Shown here one piece after another: positions 63,982 to 64,000 of a stretch of 64,000 bases of DNA. Source of the DNA: Fimbriosthenelais zetlandica (taxonomy: Eukaryota). The notes under the pieces are model-generated. The model did not search any database, was not told where the DNA came from, and saw only the letters and a list, made by a program, of their open reading frames with translations. The number at the start of each line of letters is the position of its first letter. The first letter of the stretch is position 1. The stretch is taken from assembly GCA_977030845.1 (NCBI GenBank), contig OZ365113.1:21762001-21826000 (forward strand), in the 5' to 3' direction. The translations under genes and the position numbers were made by a program.

Positions 63982-64000
63982 GGGGGGGGGGGGGGGGGGG
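63982..64000. repeat. Poly-G run reaching the window end
   Basis: 19 consecutive G to the end of the window, preceded by a T-rich tract. Confidence 0.9.

Noticed and set aside
1-64000. CRISPR array or repeat-delimited cassette array
   Set aside because: No recurring 20-50 bp direct repeat or fixed delimiter was found between tiles at the junctions I inspected, and the sequence is eukaryotic in character.
1-64000. Wholly artificial or shuffled sequence
   Set aside because: It is not excluded, but the 4.1-kb element with matched TIRs, TSD, mirrored subterminal words and phase-plausible exons argues for real genomic DNA. It is kept as a refutation test for the main finding.

Overview
Animal-type (non-prokaryotic) genomic DNA, roughly 40% GC by eye, with no intact protein-coding gene, RNA gene or CRISPR array that I can support. 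The only coherent long feature is a 4.1-kb non-autonomous EnSpm/CACTA (CMC)-type DNA transposon at 22660-26785. It has CACTG...CAGTG termini, TA on both sides, mirrored subterminal repeats, and a spliced, pseudogenised accessory-protein fragment, but no transposase. The other ~60 kb reads as a dense mosaic of very short (tens to ~200 bp by eye), mutually unrelated tiles. Wherever I can recognise a protein motif, it belongs to a different mobile-element superfamily (LINE RT of L1/Tx1, RTE and Rex types; Gypsy; DIRS; Tc1/mariner; Harbinger/ISL2EU; hAT) or, once, to an ankyrin repeat. These motifs lie on either strand and homology is lost within a few codons. I saw no family repeated and no second element with both ends. 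My lead hypothesis is a repeat-less library of captured foreign fragments (piRNA-cluster-like trap or serial break-repair capture). Ordinary ancient TE decay and assembly or synthetic artefact remain open alternatives. All motif calls are by eye from short peptides and need profile searches to confirm.
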